Virus genome (UHGV): UHGV-0165251
Reading direction: 5' to 3' (one strand)
Source of the DNA: a virus
Length of the DNA stretch: 26,293 nucleotides
Positions within the stretch are counted from its first letter, which is position 1. Each line of letters opens with the position of its first letter. The notes beneath the pieces were generated by a model. The model did not search any database. It saw nothing but the letters and a program-made list of their open reading frames with translations, and was not told the origin of the DNA. The position numbers and the translations under genes are program-made. Positions 15,885 to 26,243 of this stretch are shown here, in pieces.

Positions 15885-16527
15885 TGGCAGCAAATACCGA
15901 AATATTTGGGTAGTTGGCGATCTGCACGGATGCTACACGAACCTGATGAAAAAACTGGAGACGATAGGATTCGACACCAAAAAAGACCTGCTTATCTCGG
16001 TTGGCGATTTGGTCGATCGCGGTACAGAGAACGTCGAATGCCTGGAATTAATCACATTCCCCTGGTTCAGAGCTGTACGTGGAAACCATGAGCAAATGAT
16101 GATTGATGGCTTATCAGAGCGCGGAAACGTCAATCACTGGATGCTTAATGGCGGTGGCTGGTTCTTTAATCTCGATTACGACAAAGAAATTCTGGCTAAA
16201 GCTCTTGCCCATAAAGCAGATGAACTTCCGTTAATCATCGAACTGGTGAGCAAAGATAAAAAATATGTCATCTGCCACGCCGATTATCCTTGTGACGAAT
16301 ACGAGTTTGGAAAGCCAGTTGATCATCAGCAGGTAATCTGGAACCGCGAACGAATCAGCAACTCACAAGACGGGATCGTGAAAGAAATCAAAGGCGCGGA
16401 CACGTTCATCTTTGGTCATACGCCAGCAGTGAAACCACTCAAGTTTGCCAACCAGATGTATATCGATACCGGCGCAGTGTTCTGCGGAAACCTCACATTG
16501 ATTCAAGTACAGGGAGAAGGCGCATGA
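15862..16527 (+). CDS. ninI: NinI Ser/Thr protein phosphatase (calcineurin-like metallophosphatase)
   Basis: From [25 protein letters not shown]...GDLVDRG...GNHE (metallophosphatase motifs); matches the lambda phosphatase. Confidence 0.9.
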   Translation: MRYYEKIDGSKYRNIWVVGDLHGCYTNLMKKLETIGFDTKKDLLISVGDLVDRGTENVECLELITFPWFRAVRGNHEQMMIDGLSERGNVNHWMLNGGGWFFNLDYDKEILAKALAHKADELPLIIELVSKDKKYVICHADYPCDEYEFGKPVDHQQVIWNRERISNSQDGIVKEIKGADTFIFGHTPAVKPLKFANQMYIDTGAVFCGNLTLIQVQGEGA

Positions 16528-17147
16528 GACTCGAAAGCGTGGCTAAATTTCATTCGCCAAAAAGCCCGATGATGAGTGACTCACCACGGGCCACGGCTTC
16601 TGACTCTCTTTCTGGTACTGATGTGATGGCTGCTATGGGGATGGCGCAATCACAAGCCGGATTCGGAATGGCTGCATTCTGTGGTAAGCACGAACTCAGC
16701 CAGAACGACAAACAAAAGGCTATCAACTATCTGATGCAATTTGCACACAAGGTATCGGGGAAATACCGTGGTGTGGCAAAGCTTGAAGGAAATACTAAGG
16801 CAAAGGTACTGCAAGTGCTCGCAACATTCGCTTATGCGGATTATTGCCGTAGTGCCGCGACGCCGGGAGCAAGATGCAGAGATTGCCACGGTACAGGCCG
16901 TGCGGTTGATATAGCCAAAACGGAGCAGTGGGGGAGAGTTGTTGAGAAAGAGTGCGGAAGATGCAAAGGTGTCGGCTATTCAAGAATGCCAGCAAGCGCA
17001 GCATATCGCGCTGTGACGATGCTAATCCCAAATCTTACCCAACCCACCTGGTCACGCACTGTTAAGCCGCTGTATGACGCTCTGGTGGTGCAATGCCACA
17101 AAGAAGAGTCAATCGCAGACAACATTTTGAATGCGGTCACACGTTAG
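16524..17147 (+). CDS. Q: Q late-gene antiterminator
   Basis: 207 aa with zinc-finger CRDCHGTG...CGRCKG; near-identical to lambda Q as I recall it. Confidence 0.9.
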   Translation: MRLESVAKFHSPKSPMMSDSPRATASDSLSGTDVMAAMGMAQSQAGFGMAAFCGKHELSQNDKQKAINYLMQFAHKVSGKYRGVAKLEGNTKAKVLQVLATFAYADYCRSAATPGARCRDCHGTGRAVDIAKTEQWGRVVEKECGRCKGVGYSRMPASAAYRAVTMLIPNLTQPTWSRTVKPLYDALVVQCHKEESIADNILNAVTR

Positions 17148-17189
17148 CAGCATGATTGCCACGGATGGCAACATATTAACGGCATGATA

Positions 17190-17219
17190 TTGACTTTTTG
17201 AATAAAGTTGGGTAAATTT
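17190..17219 (+). promoter_or_regulatory. late promoter pR' (-35 ttgact, -10 taaatt) with overlapping qut site
   Basis: ttgactttttgaataaagttgggtaaatt matches the lambda pR' region with a few substitutions. Confidence 0.7.
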
Positions 17220-17223
17220 GACC

Positions 17224-17418
17224 CAACGATGGGTTAATTCGCTCGTTGTGGTAGTGAGATAAAAAGAGGCGGCGCTTACTACCGATTCCGCCTAGTTGGT
17301 CACTTCGACGTATCGTCTGGAACTCCAACCATCTCAGGCTGAGAGGCCTGTAAAATGCAATCCCGAAACAGTTCGCAGGTAATAGTTAGAGCCTGCATAA
17401 CGGTTTCGGGATTTTTTA
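17224..17418 (+). ncRNA. 6S late leader RNA from pR' to tR'
   Basis: Interval between pR' and the tR' hairpin; conserved with lambda. Confidence 0.55.
17359..17418 (+). terminator. tR' rho-independent terminator
   Basis: atcccgaaac ... gtttcgggat followed by tttttt. Confidence 0.7.
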
Positions 17419-17815
17419 TATCTGTGCAACAGGTAAGAGCATTCTCCCTTATGGGGCTTGGCTTAAATGCATTGAGTGCTCTTTCCGTTGTGCTGAATTA
17501 AGCGAATACCGGAAGCAGAACCGGATCACCAAATGCGTACAGGCGTCATCGCCGCCCAGCAACAGCACAACCCAAACTGAGCCGTAGCCTCTGGCTATCC
17601 TGAATTCATCAGTGATAGTTACGCTGCGGCCTTCTACACATGACCTTCGTGAAAGCGGGTGGCAAGAGGCTGCGCTAACAACCTCCTGCCGTTTTGCCCG
17701 TGCATATCGGTCACGAACAAATCTGATTACTAAACACAGTAGCCTGGATTTGTTCTATCAGTAATCGACCTTATTCCTAATTAAATAGAGCAAATCCCCT
17801 TATTGGGGGTAAGAC

Positions 17816-18139
17816 ATGAAGATGCCAGAAAAACATGACCTGTTAGCCGCCATTCTCGCGGCAAAGGAACAAGGCATCGGGGCAATCCTTGCGTTTGCAA
17901 TGGCGTACCTTCGCGGCAGATATAATGGCGGTGCGTTTACAAAAACAGTAATCGACGCAACGATGTGCGCCATTATCGCCTGGTTCATTCGTGACCTTCT
18001 CGACTTCGCCGGACTAAGTAGCAATCTCGCTTATATAACGAGCGTGTTCATCGGCTACATCGGTACTGACTCGATTGGTTCGCTTATCAAACGCTTCGCT
18101 GCTAAAAAGGCCGGAGTAGAAGATGGTGGTAATCAATAA
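17816..18139 (+). CDS. S: S holin/antiholin (dual start M1-K2-M3)
   Basis: [41 protein letters not shown]... matches lambda S107/S105. Confidence 0.9.
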   Translation: MKMPEKHDLLAAILAAKEQGIGAILAFAMAYLRGRYNGGAFTKTVIDATMCAIIAWFIRDLLDFAGLSSNLAYITSVFIGYIGTDSIGSLIKRFAAKKAGVEDGGNQ

Positions 18140-18599
18140 TCAACGTAAGGCGTTCCTCGATATGCTGGCGTGGTCAGAGGGAACTGATAACGGACGGCAG
18201 AAAACCAGAAATCATGGTTATGACGTCATTGTTGGCGGAGAGCTATTCACTGATTACTCCGATCACCCTCGCAAACTTGTCACGCTAAACCCCAAACTCA
18301 AATCAACAGCAGCCGGACGTTACCAGCTTCTTTCCCGTTGGTGGGATGCCTATCGTAAGCAGCTTGGCCTGAAAGACTTCTCTCCGAAAAGCCAGGACGC
18401 TGTGGCATTGCAGCAGATTAAAGAGCGTGGCGCTTTACCGATGATTGATCGCGGTGATATTCGTCAGGCAATTGACCGTTGCAGCAATATCTGGGCTTCA
18501 CTGCCGGGCGCTGGTTATGGTCAGTTCGAGCATAAGGCTGACAGCCTGATTGCAAAATTCAAAGAAGCAGGCGGAACGGTCAGAGAGATTGAGGTATGA
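18123..18599 (+). CDS. R: R endolysin (lytic transglycosylase)
   Basis: 158 aa, near-identical to lambda R ([17 protein letters not shown]...). Confidence 0.9.
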   Translation: MVVINNQRKAFLDMLAWSEGTDNGRQKTRNHGYDVIVGGELFTDYSDHPRKLVTLNPKLKSTAAGRYQLLSRWWDAYRKQLGLKDFSPKSQDAVALQQIKERGALPMIDRGDIRQAIDRCSNIWASLPGAGYGQFEHKADSLIAKFKEAGGTVREIEV

Positions 18600-19033
18600 G
18601 CAGAGTAACCGCGATTATCTCCGCTCTGGTTATCTGCATCATCGTCTGCCTGTCATGGGCTGTTAATCATTACCGTGATAACGCCATGACCTACAAAGAG
18701 CAGCGCGATAAAGCCACATCCACAATCGCTGACATGCAGAAGCGTCAACGTGATGTAGCTGAACTCGATGCCAGATACACAAAGGAGCTTGCTGATGCTA
18801 ACGCGACTATCGAAAGTCTCCGTGCTGATGTTTCTGCTGGGCGTAAGCGCCTGCAGGTCGCCGCCACCTGTGCAAAGTCAACGACCGGAGCCAGCGGCAT
18901 GGGCGATGGAGAAAGCCCAAGACTTACAGCAGATGCTGAACTCAATTATTACCGTCTCCGAAGTGGAATCGACAAGATAACCGCGCAGGTTAACTACCTG
19001 CAGGAATACATCAGGACGCAATGCCTTCGATGA
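18596..19033 (+). CDS. Rz: Rz i-spanin
   Basis: N-terminal TM helix and coiled-coil periplasmic domain; N-terminal third matches lambda Rz, the remainder diverges. Confidence 0.85.
   Translation: MSRVTAIISALVICIIVCLSWAVNHYRDNAMTYKEQRDKATSTIADMQKRQRDVAELDARYTKELADANATIESLRADVSAGRKRLQVAATCAKSTTGASGMGDGESPRLTADAELNYYRLRSGIDKITAQVNYLQEYIRTQCLR
18795..18980 (+). CDS. Rz1: Rz1 o-spanin lipoprotein, embedded in the +1 frame of Rz
   Basis: aaaggag RBS 7 nt upstream; signal peptide with lipobox LLGVSAC and proline-rich mature part ([16 protein letters not shown]). Confidence 0.7.
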   Translation: MLTRLSKVSVLMFLLGVSACRSPPPVQSQRPEPAAWAMEKAQDLQQMLNSIITVSEVESTR

Positions 19034-19412
19034 TAGCGATAATTTTACTCATCATCCTTCACATCTGGCTCTGTAGACAGGGTGGTGATCACTTCTGGAG
19101 TGAATCCAGATTAAACATCTCATTGCTGATGCTTGATATTGAGCATCTGGCGCGCGGTAAGGGGTTGCGTTGAGATAAGAGCCAGTTCATTACAAAGCCT
19201 ATCTACTGGTGGGCTTGATAATGAAACCGGAATTTATTCTGGGTAACCAGTTACGGCAGTACAGCGAAACAACCCAAGCCAGTAAGTGGGGAAATAACAC
19301 TGGCAGCCACTGAAAGATGAACCTCCTGCCTTATGGCAAAAAAAGATTCTTTGTGGTGGCGGACTGATGGAAAGACATCCTAATCAAGCAACCACTCCAC
19401 AGGGTCATAATT

Positions 19413-19793
19413 ATGAACGACCAGCAAATCGAAAAAGAAATCGTTGAGAAAGGCAAAACCGCTCCGAGAATCACTCCGCAGCACATCGAAGACGTGATTA
19501 AAAGCGAGCATTACTTTACTGCTTATGATGGACGTAATGGTGCCATTTCCAGCAACGAATATTGTGGCAGGGAAAAACCAGAAGAAGGCGATCGTGATTT
19601 ATCACCATTGAAGTTGCTCACTTTCTGCGTACTGGTGCTGAAGAATGGCTTCACCGTCACCGGAGAGAGTGCCTGTGCAAGCCCGGAAAACTTTGATGCA
19701 GAAATTGGTCGGAAGATTGCCCGGCAAAATGCTGTAAACAAAATCTGGATGCTCGAAGGTTACTTGCTGAAGCAGAAGCTAAGCGAACAGTAG
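19413..19793 (+). CDS. hypothetical protein (126 aa) downstream of the lysis cassette
   Basis: ORF with a plausible start; no family recognised. Confidence 0.6.
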   Translation: MNDQQIEKEIVEKGKTAPRITPQHIEDVIKSEHYFTAYDGRNGAISSNEYCGREKPEEGDRDLSPLKLLTFCVLVLKNGFTVTGESACASPENFDAEIGRKIARQNAVNKIWMLEGYLLKQKLSEQ

Positions 19794-19896
19794 TTATTAC
19801 AAAAGCCATTCCCTACAGAGTGGCTTTGATAATGGCTTATACCCTACACGGGATAACTTAACTGATATCCCTTTTAACGGATAAACGGAGCCAACA

Positions 19897-20139
19897 ATGG
19901 CAGAGATTATTCCCATGACTGAAGAACAGAAATTCCAGTTAGAGATTTACAAACTGGTCATGAACCAGAACGCAGCCGCAGAAGAAGCATTTCAATTCAT
20001 TGGCGCTGACGAGCTGAAGCTTGAGCTATTCAAAATTCACTTCCAGTCAGGCGGCGCTAATTCAGATATCACGACCCGCACTATCGAAGCGGTGCGTAAA
20101 TCGAAGGAAGCGTTAGACCTGTTCACTACCGGAGCATAA
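19897..20139 (+). CDS. hypothetical protein (80 aa)
   Basis: ggag RBS 7 nt upstream of the ATG; no family recognised. Confidence 0.55.
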   Translation: MAEIIPMTEEQKFQLEIYKLVMNQNAAAEEAFQFIGADELKLELFKIHFQSGGANSDITTRTIEAVRKSKEALDLFTTGA

Positions 20140-20218
20140 ACATGGCAACTCAAGGTTTCGACAACCCATCCAAATTCCGCGATGAATGGGATAAGCAAGC
20201 AGAAGGGAAATAATCAAT

Positions 20219-20644
20219 ATGGCGACTGAGAAAAAGAACGTCGGTCGCCCTTCGGATTACCTGCCGGAGGTGGCTGATGATATCTGTGCGCTGCTTGCCT
20301 CCGGGGAAAGTCTGGTTAAGGTTTGCAAGCGCCCCGGCATGCCAGCAAAGGCTACTGTATTTCGCTGGCTGTCAGAGCATGACGAATTTAGAGACAAGTA
20401 CGCGAAGGCAACTGAGGCACGAGCTGATTCTATTTTCGAAGAGATATTCGAAATTGCTGACAATGCGATTCCAGATGCTGCTGAGGTGGCAAAGGCAAGA
20501 CTTCGCGTTGATACCCGCAAATGGGCGCTGGCCCGAATGAATCCACGTAAGTATGGCGACAAGGTAACTAATGAGCTTGTCGGCAAAGACGGCGGCGCAA
20601 TCCAGATTGAAACATCACCGATGAGCACTCTATTCGGAAAATGA
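20219..20644 (+). CDS. terminase small subunit (Sf6 gp1-like); expected to contain the pac site
   Basis: MATEKKNVGRPSDYLPEVADDICALLASGESLVKVCKRPGMP...ATEARADSIFEEIFEIADNA closely matches Sf6 small terminase as I recall it. Confidence 0.8.
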   Translation: MATEKKNVGRPSDYLPEVADDICALLASGESLVKVCKRPGMPAKATVFRWLSEHDEFRDKYAKATEARADSIFEEIFEIADNAIPDAAEVAKARLRVDTRKWALARMNPRKYGDKVTNELVGKDGGAIQIETSPMSTLFGK

Positions 20645-22053
20645 CCTCGATTAATCCTATCTTTGAACAGTTCATTGAGGCGCATCGCTACAAAGTCGCC
20701 AAAGGCGGTCGAGGTAGCGGTAAATCATGGGCAATTGCGAGGCTGCTTGTTGAAGCGGCGCGTCGGCAGCCGGTGCGCATCCTCTGTGCTCGTGAACTGC
20801 AAAACAGTATCAGTGATTCGGTAATCCGGTTGCTTGAAGACACTATCGAGCGTGAAGGGTATTCGGCTGAGTTTAAAATTCAGCGTTCAATGATTCGTCA
20901 TCTCGGAACGAATGCTGAATTCATGTTCTACGGCATCAAAAACAACCCTACGAAGATTAAATCGCTCGAAGGTATTGATATCTGCTGGGTGGAAGAAGCG
21001 GAGGCGGTAACGAAGGAATCGTGGGATATTCTGATACCAACCATTCGCAAGCCGTTTTCCGAAATATGGGTGAGCTTCAACCCGAAAAACATCCTCGACG
21101 ATACCTATCAGCGATTCGTTGTAAATCCTCCCGATGATATTTGTCTGCTGACGGTGAACTACACCGACAACCCGCATTTTCCTGAAGTTCTCCGTCTGGA
21201 GATGGAAGAGTGTAAACGCAGAAATCCGACACTGTATCGTCACATCTGGCTTGGTGAGCCAGTAAGCGCAAGTGATATGGCAATCATCAAACGTGAATGG
21301 CTTGAAGCCGCAACCGATGCGCACAAGAAACTCGGATGGAAAGCGAAAGGCGCGGTTGTTTCTGCACATGACCCGTCAGATACAGGGCCAGATGCTAAAG
21401 GTTACGCATCGCGTCACGGTTCGGTGGTTAAGCGCATTGCCGAAGGTCTGCTGATGGACATCAACGATGGTGCTGACTGGGCTACTTCGCTGGCTATTAA
21501 AGACGGCGCTGACCATTACCTGTGGGATGGTGATGGTGTTGGTGCCGGGCTACGCAGACAGACAACGGAAGCGTTCTCCGGTAAGAAAATCACCGCCACG
21601 ATGTTCAAGGGCAGCGAATCGCCATTCGATGAAGATGCGCCATATCAGGCCGGAGCATGGGCTGATGAAGTCGTACAGGGCGACAATGTTCGCACTATTG
21701 GCGATGTATTCCGCAATAAGCGAGCGCAATTCTATTACGCGCTGGCTGACAGGCTGTATCTGACATATCGGGCGGTTGTTCACGGTGAGTATGCAGACCC
21801 CGACGACATGCTGAGTTTCGATAAAGAAGCGATAGGCGAGAATATGCTGGAGAAGCTGTTTGCAGAACTGACGCAGATTCAGCGCAAATTCAATAACAAC
21901 GGGAAGCTGGAGCTAATGACTAAGGTCGAAATGAAGCAGAAGCTCGGTATTCCATCTCCCAACCTGGCTGATGCTCTGATGATGTGTATGCATTGCCCGG
22001 CATTGGTCCGCGAAGAAACAGAAATATACGTTCCCTCATCCTCCGGTTGGTAA
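20641..22053 (+). CDS. terminase large subunit (headful type)
   Basis: 470 aa; Walker A KGGRGSGKS near the N terminus; ATPase and nuclease domains; start overlaps the terS stop. Confidence 0.9.
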   Translation: MTSINPIFEQFIEAHRYKVAKGGRGSGKSWAIARLLVEAARRQPVRILCARELQNSISDSVIRLLEDTIEREGYSAEFKIQRSMIRHLGTNAEFMFYGIKNNPTKIKSLEGIDICWVEEAEAVTKESWDILIPTIRKPFSEIWVSFNPKNILDDTYQRFVVNPPDDICLLTVNYTDNPHFPEVLRLEMEECKRRNPTLYRHIWLGEPVSASDMAIIKREWLEAATDAHKKLGWKAKGAVVSAHDPSDTGPDAKGYASRHGSVVKRIAEGLLMDINDGADWATSLAIKDGADHYLWDGDGVGAGLRRQTTEAFSGKKITATMFKGSESPFDEDAPYQAGAWADEVVQGDNVRTIGDVFRNKRAQFYYALADRLYLTYRAVVHGEYADPDDMLSFDKEAIGENMLEKLFAELTQIQRKFNNNGKLELMTKVEMKQKLGIPSPNLADALMMCMHCPALVREETEIYVPSSSGW

Positions 22054-22055
22054 AC

Positions 22056-24182
22056 ATGGCAGAGACATTAGAGAAAAAACATGAGCGGATCATGCTCAGG
22101 TTTGACCGCGCCTATTCTCCACAGCAGGAAGTGCGCGAAAAGTGCATTGAAGCTACGAGGTTTGCTCGTGTCCCCGGAGGTCAATGGGAAGGAGCAACGG
22201 CGGCTGGAACTAAGCTTGATGAGCAGTTCGAGAAGTATCCTAAGTTTGAAATCAATAAGGTTGCAACTGAACTTAACCGCATCATTGCAGAATACCGCAA
22301 TAACAGAATCACAGTTAAGTTTCGTCCTGGTGACAGAGAGGCAAGCGAAGAGTTAGCCAATAAATTAAATGGTCTGTTCCGTGCTGACTACGAAGAAACT
22401 GATGGCGGTGAGGCTTGCGATAATGCATTTGACGACGCTGCTACTGGTGGTTTCGGTTGCTTCCGTTTGACGTCGATGCTGGTCAATGAATACGACCCCA
22501 TGGACGATCGTCAGCGTATTGCTATTGAACCAATATACGACCCGTCGCGCTCTGTGTGGTTTGACCCTGACGCTAAGAAGTACGACAAATCTGACGCGTT
22601 GTGGGCGTTCTGCATGTATTCGTTGTCACCTGAAAAATATGAGGCTGAATACGGAAAGAAACCTCCTGCTTCTCTGGATGTAACGTCTATGACCAGTTGG
22701 GAATATGACTGGTTTGATGCAGATGTTATTTACATAGCGAAGTATTACGAAGTTCGTAAAGAGTCTGTTGACGTCATCAGTTATCGACATCCAATCACTG
22801 GAGAGATTGCAACATACGACAGTGATCAGGTTGAAGATATTGAAGATGAACTGGCAATAGCTGGATTTCAGGAAGTGGCAAGGCGCTCAGTGAAGCGCCG
22901 TCGTGTGTATGTATCCGTAGTGGATGGTGATGGTTTCCTTGAGAAACCCCGACGTATTCCTGGTGAGCATATCCCCCTCATCCCGGTTTATGGAAAACGC
23001 TGGTTCATTGATGACATTGAGCGTGTCGAAGGACATATTGCAAAAGCAATGGATCCACAGCGTTTGTATAACCTTCAGGTATCAATGCTGGCTGATACTG
23101 CCGCGCAAGACCCCGGTCAGATCCCTATAGTTGGCATGGAGCAAATTCGTGGACTTGAGAAGCACTGGGAGGCTCGCAACAAGAAACGCCCAGCGTTCTT
23201 GCCGTTGCGCGAAGTGAGAGATAAATCTGGCAACATTATCGCTGGAGCTACCCCCGCAGGATATACACAGCCTGCGGTTATGAATCAGGCATTGGCTGCA
23301 TTACTACAGCAAACCAGTGCTGATATTCAGGAGGTTACAGGCGGCAGTCAGGCCATGCAGCAGATGCCAAGTAATATTGCTCAGGAAACGGTTAACAACT
23401 TGATGAACAGAGCAGATATGGCTTCGTTTATCTATCTGGACAATATGGCGAAAAGTCTTAAACGCGCTGGTGAAGTATGGCTGTCAATGGCGCGTGAAGT
23501 GTACGGTTCAGAACGTGAAGTGCGCATCGTTAACGAAGATGGAAGTGATGATATCGCTGTCCTGAGCGCACAGGTTGTTGACAGGCAAACAGGGGCTGTT
23601 GTTGCGTTAAATGACCTTTCTGTCGGTCGATACGATGTGACGGTTGATGTTGGACCAAGCTACACAGCACGACGTGATGCAACGGTTTCTGTACTGACAA
23701 ATGTCCTTAGCTCTATGCTTCCAACAGACCCAATGCGCCCGGCAATTCAGGGTATTATTCTGGACAATATCGATGGCGAAGGCCTTGATGACTTCAAAGA
23801 GTACAACCGAAACCAACTGCTGATATCTGGTATTGCAAAACCACGCAATGAGAAAGAGCAGCAGATTGTTCAACAGGCGCAAATGGCAGCACAAAGCCAG
23901 CCAAATCCTGAAATGGTTCTCGCTCAGGCGCAAATGGTAGCAGCGCAGGCAGAAGCGCAAAAAGCAACTAACGAAACTGCTCAAACTCAAATCAAAGCAT
24001 TTACTGCCCAGCAGGATGCGATGGAGAGTCAGGCAAACACTGTCTATAAACTGGCTCAAGCCAGAAACATCGATGACAAAGCAGTGATGGAGGCAATACG
24101 CCTTCTGAAAGATGTCGCCGAGTCACAACAACAGCAATTCCAGTCACCACCACAGTCACCGGCAGACTTAATGCCGAGTTAA
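22056..24182 (+). CDS. portal protein (P22/Sf6 type)
   Basis: 708-aa product from MAETLEKKHER; motifs shared with P22 gp1 (KRRRVY, GEHIPLIPV, NLMNRAD, GRYDVTVDVGPS); ATG 2 nt after the terL stop. The listed ORF start at 21984 is upstream and in-frame. Confidence 0.9.
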   Translation: MAETLEKKHERIMLRFDRAYSPQQEVREKCIEATRFARVPGGQWEGATAAGTKLDEQFEKYPKFEINKVATELNRIIAEYRNNRITVKFRPGDREASEELANKLNGLFRADYEETDGGEACDNAFDDAATGGFGCFRLTSMLVNEYDPMDDRQRIAIEPIYDPSRSVWFDPDAKKYDKSDALWAFCMYSLSPEKYEAEYGKKPPASLDVTSMTSWEYDWFDADVIYIAKYYEVRKESVDVISYRHPITGEIATYDSDQVEDIEDELAIAGFQEVARRSVKRRRVYVSVVDGDGFLEKPRRIPGEHIPLIPVYGKRWFIDDIERVEGHIAKAMDPQRLYNLQVSMLADTAAQDPGQIPIVGMEQIRGLEKHWEARNKKRPAFLPLREVRDKSGNIIAGATPAGYTQPAVMNQALAALLQQTSADIQEVTGGSQAMQQMPSNIAQETVNNLMNRADMASFIYLDNMAKSLKRAGEVWLSMAREVYGSEREVRIVNEDGSDDIAVLSAQVVDRQTGAVVALNDLSVGRYDVTVDVGPSYTARRDATVSVLTNVLSSMLPTDPMRPAIQGIILDNIDGEGLDDFKEYNRNQLLISGIAKPRNEKEQQIVQQAQMAAQSQPNPEMVLAQAQMVAAQAEAQKATNETAQTQIKAFTAQQDAMESQANTVYKLAQARNIDDKAVMEAIRLLKDVAESQQQQFQSPPQSPADLMPS

Positions 24183-24195
24183 CCAGGAGTAATCA

Positions 24196-25080
24196 ATGGA
24201 AAACGAACTGATCATCGACGGTCAGGTTATTGACCTGTCTGAAACACAGGAAAATGCAGAAGAAACCATCATCCAAACAGAGTCACAGCCTGAGAATGAA
24301 AGCCAGGATGACAACGGAAAAGAGATGGCATCTGATCCTGAAAAAACCGAAGAGACACCAGAAGATTACGCCTTGCGTATTGGTGATGAAGAAATTCAGC
24401 TTAACGCTGACGATGATGATCACATTGACGGGCAACCTGCACCGCAATGGGTGAAAGATCTTCGCAAAGGCTTCAAAGAAACACAGAAAGAAAACCGTGA
24501 GTTGCGCCGCCAGCTTGAGGAAGCATTAGCCAAGCCTGCGGAACATCAGCAACCACAACCAGACGATATTCCACCAAAACCGACTCTTGAGTCGTGTGAT
24601 TATGACGAACAGGCGTTTGAACAGGCATTGACTGATTGGCATGAGAAAAAAGGCCGTGTCGAACAGCAGCAGCAACAAAAACTACGTCAGCAACAGGAAT
24701 ACCAACAGCGTTTCCAGCAAAGGGTAGAAGCGCATAAACAACGGGCAGCCAAACTTCCTGTGAAAGATTATCAGGAAATGGAGGCCATTGTTCTTAGTGA
24801 GCTACCACCAATTCAGCAGGAAATCATCATTCACTGTGCAGACGAAGGCTCTGAACTACTCGCCTATGGCTTAGGTAAGAGCCAGCAATTACGCCAGCGT
24901 GTAGCCGCTGAGACAGATCCAATTCGCGCAGCATTCCTCTTGGGGCAGATTAGCAAACAGGTAAGCCTTGCTCCAAAACCAAAGAAAGCCATCAAGCCAG
25001 AGCCGGAAGTACGTGGTGGCGGTGCTGATGCGAAACAAGACGAATTCAACAAATTATGCCCCGGCGCAAAAATCGAATAA
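24196..25080 (+). CDS. scaffolding protein
   Basis: Acidic, Q-rich, helical 294-aa protein between portal and coat, as in P22-like head modules. Confidence 0.7.
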   Translation: MENELIIDGQVIDLSETQENAEETIIQTESQPENESQDDNGKEMASDPEKTEETPEDYALRIGDEEIQLNADDDDHIDGQPAPQWVKDLRKGFKETQKENRELRRQLEEALAKPAEHQQPQPDDIPPKPTLESCDYDEQAFEQALTDWHEKKGRVEQQQQQKLRQQQEYQQRFQQRVEAHKQRAAKLPVKDYQEMEAIVLSELPPIQQEIIIHCADEGSELLAYGLGKSQQLRQRVAAETDPIRAAFLLGQISKQVSLAPKPKKAIKPEPEVRGGGADAKQDEFNKLCPGAKIE

Positions 25081-25091
25081 GGAAAAGATAA

Positions 25092-26243
25092 ATGCCTAAC
25101 AATCTCGACAGTAACGTCAGTCAAATCGTTCTGAAAAAATTCCTTCCGGGTTTTATGTCAGATTTAGTTCTGGCGAAAACCGTAGACCGTCAGTTGCTGG
25201 CAGGTGAAATCAACTCCAGCACTGGCGATAGCGTTAGCTTTAAACGTCCGCATCAATTCTCATCCCTCCGTACTCCAACTGGTGATATTTCAGGGCAAAA
25301 TAAAAACAACCTGATCTCAGGTAAAGCTACTGGGCGTGTAGGTAACTACATCACTGTTGCTGTTGAATATCAGCAACTGGAGGAAGCGATCAAGCTTAAC
25401 CAACTGGAAGAAATTCTCGCGCCGGTTCGCCAGCGAATCGTTACCGACCTTGAAACAGAGCTTGCTCACTTCATGATGAATAACGGTGCGTTGTCACTTG
25501 GTAGCCCCAATACTCCAATCACCAAATGGTCTGATGTTGCGCAGACGGCATCTTTCCTGAAAGACCTCGGCGTTAATGAAGGTGAAAACTATGCTGTAAT
25601 GGATCCATGGTCTGCACAGCGACTTGCTGATGCGCAGACTGGTTTGCACGCTTCAGATCAATTGGTTCGTACTGCATGGGAGAATGCACAGATCCCGACC
25701 AATTTTGGCGGCATTCGCGCACTGATGTCTAATGGGCTTGCCTCTCGTACGCAGGGGGCATTTGGCGGAACACTGACAGTCAAAACACAGCCAACTGTTA
25801 CCTATAACGCAGTTAAAGACTCATACCAGTTCACTGTAACATTGACCGGAGCGACAACCAGCGTTACAGGTTTCCTGAAAGCTGGTGATCAGGTTAAATT
25901 CACCAATACATACTGGCTGCAACAGCAGACCAAACAGGCGTTGTATAACGGAGCCACACCAATTAGCTTCACTGCAACGGTTACTGCTGATGCTGATTCA
26001 GACGGCAGTGGCGATGTGACGGTTACGCTTTCTGGTGTTCCGATTTATGACACTACAAACCCGCAGTACAACTCTGTAAGTCGTCAGGTAGCGGCAGGTG
26101 ATGCCGTATCTGTAGTAGGCACTGCTAGCCAGACAATGAAGCCAAACCTGTTCTATAACAAGTTCTTCTGTGGACTTGGCTCTATCCCACTGCCGAAACT
26201 GCACAGTATTGATTCTGCTGTTGCAACATATGAAGGTTTCTAG
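25092..26243 (+). CDS. major capsid (coat) protein, P22/Sf6 type, apparently 3'-truncated by IS2 insertion
   Basis: 383-aa ORF at the coat position; its stop TAG is the first three bases of the IS2-like terminus; P22-type coats are ~420-430 aa. Confidence 0.8.
   Translation: MPNNLDSNVSQIVLKKFLPGFMSDLVLAKTVDRQLLAGEINSSTGDSVSFKRPHQFSSLRTPTGDISGQNKNNLISGKATGRVGNYITVAVEYQQLEEAIKLNQLEEILAPVRQRIVTDLETELAHFMMNNGALSLGSPNTPITKWSDVAQTASFLKDLGVNEGENYAVMDPWSAQRLADAQTGLHASDQLVRTAWENAQIPTNFGGIRALMSNGLASRTQGAFGGTLTVKTQPTVTYNAVKDSYQFTVTLTGATTSVTGFLKAGDQVKFTNTYWLQQQTKQALYNGATPISFTATVTADADSDGSGDVTVTLSGVPIYDTTNPQYNSVSRQVAAGDAVSVVGTASQTMKPNLFYNKFFCGLGSIPLPKLHSIDSAVATYEGF

Noticed and set aside
17150-17815. Possible tRNA genes or toxin cargo between Q and S
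   Set aside because: The interval matches lambda pR'-qut-6S-tR' almost base for base as I recall it; no cloverleaf-like tRNA sequence or extra ORF is present.
20143-20214. 23-aa micro-ORF immediately upstream of terS
   Set aside because: Too short and lacks an RBS; more likely the terS leader.
19034-20218. A lambda-type cos site with Nu1/A terminase
   Set aside because: The packaging genes are Sf6/P22-type small and large terminase, which use headful pac packaging; no Nu1/A homologs are present.
20887-21783. Minus-strand ORFs inside terL (160, 68 and 77 aa) and 23607..24059 inside the portal gene
   Set aside because: Antisense to long, well-supported structural genes; no independent support.
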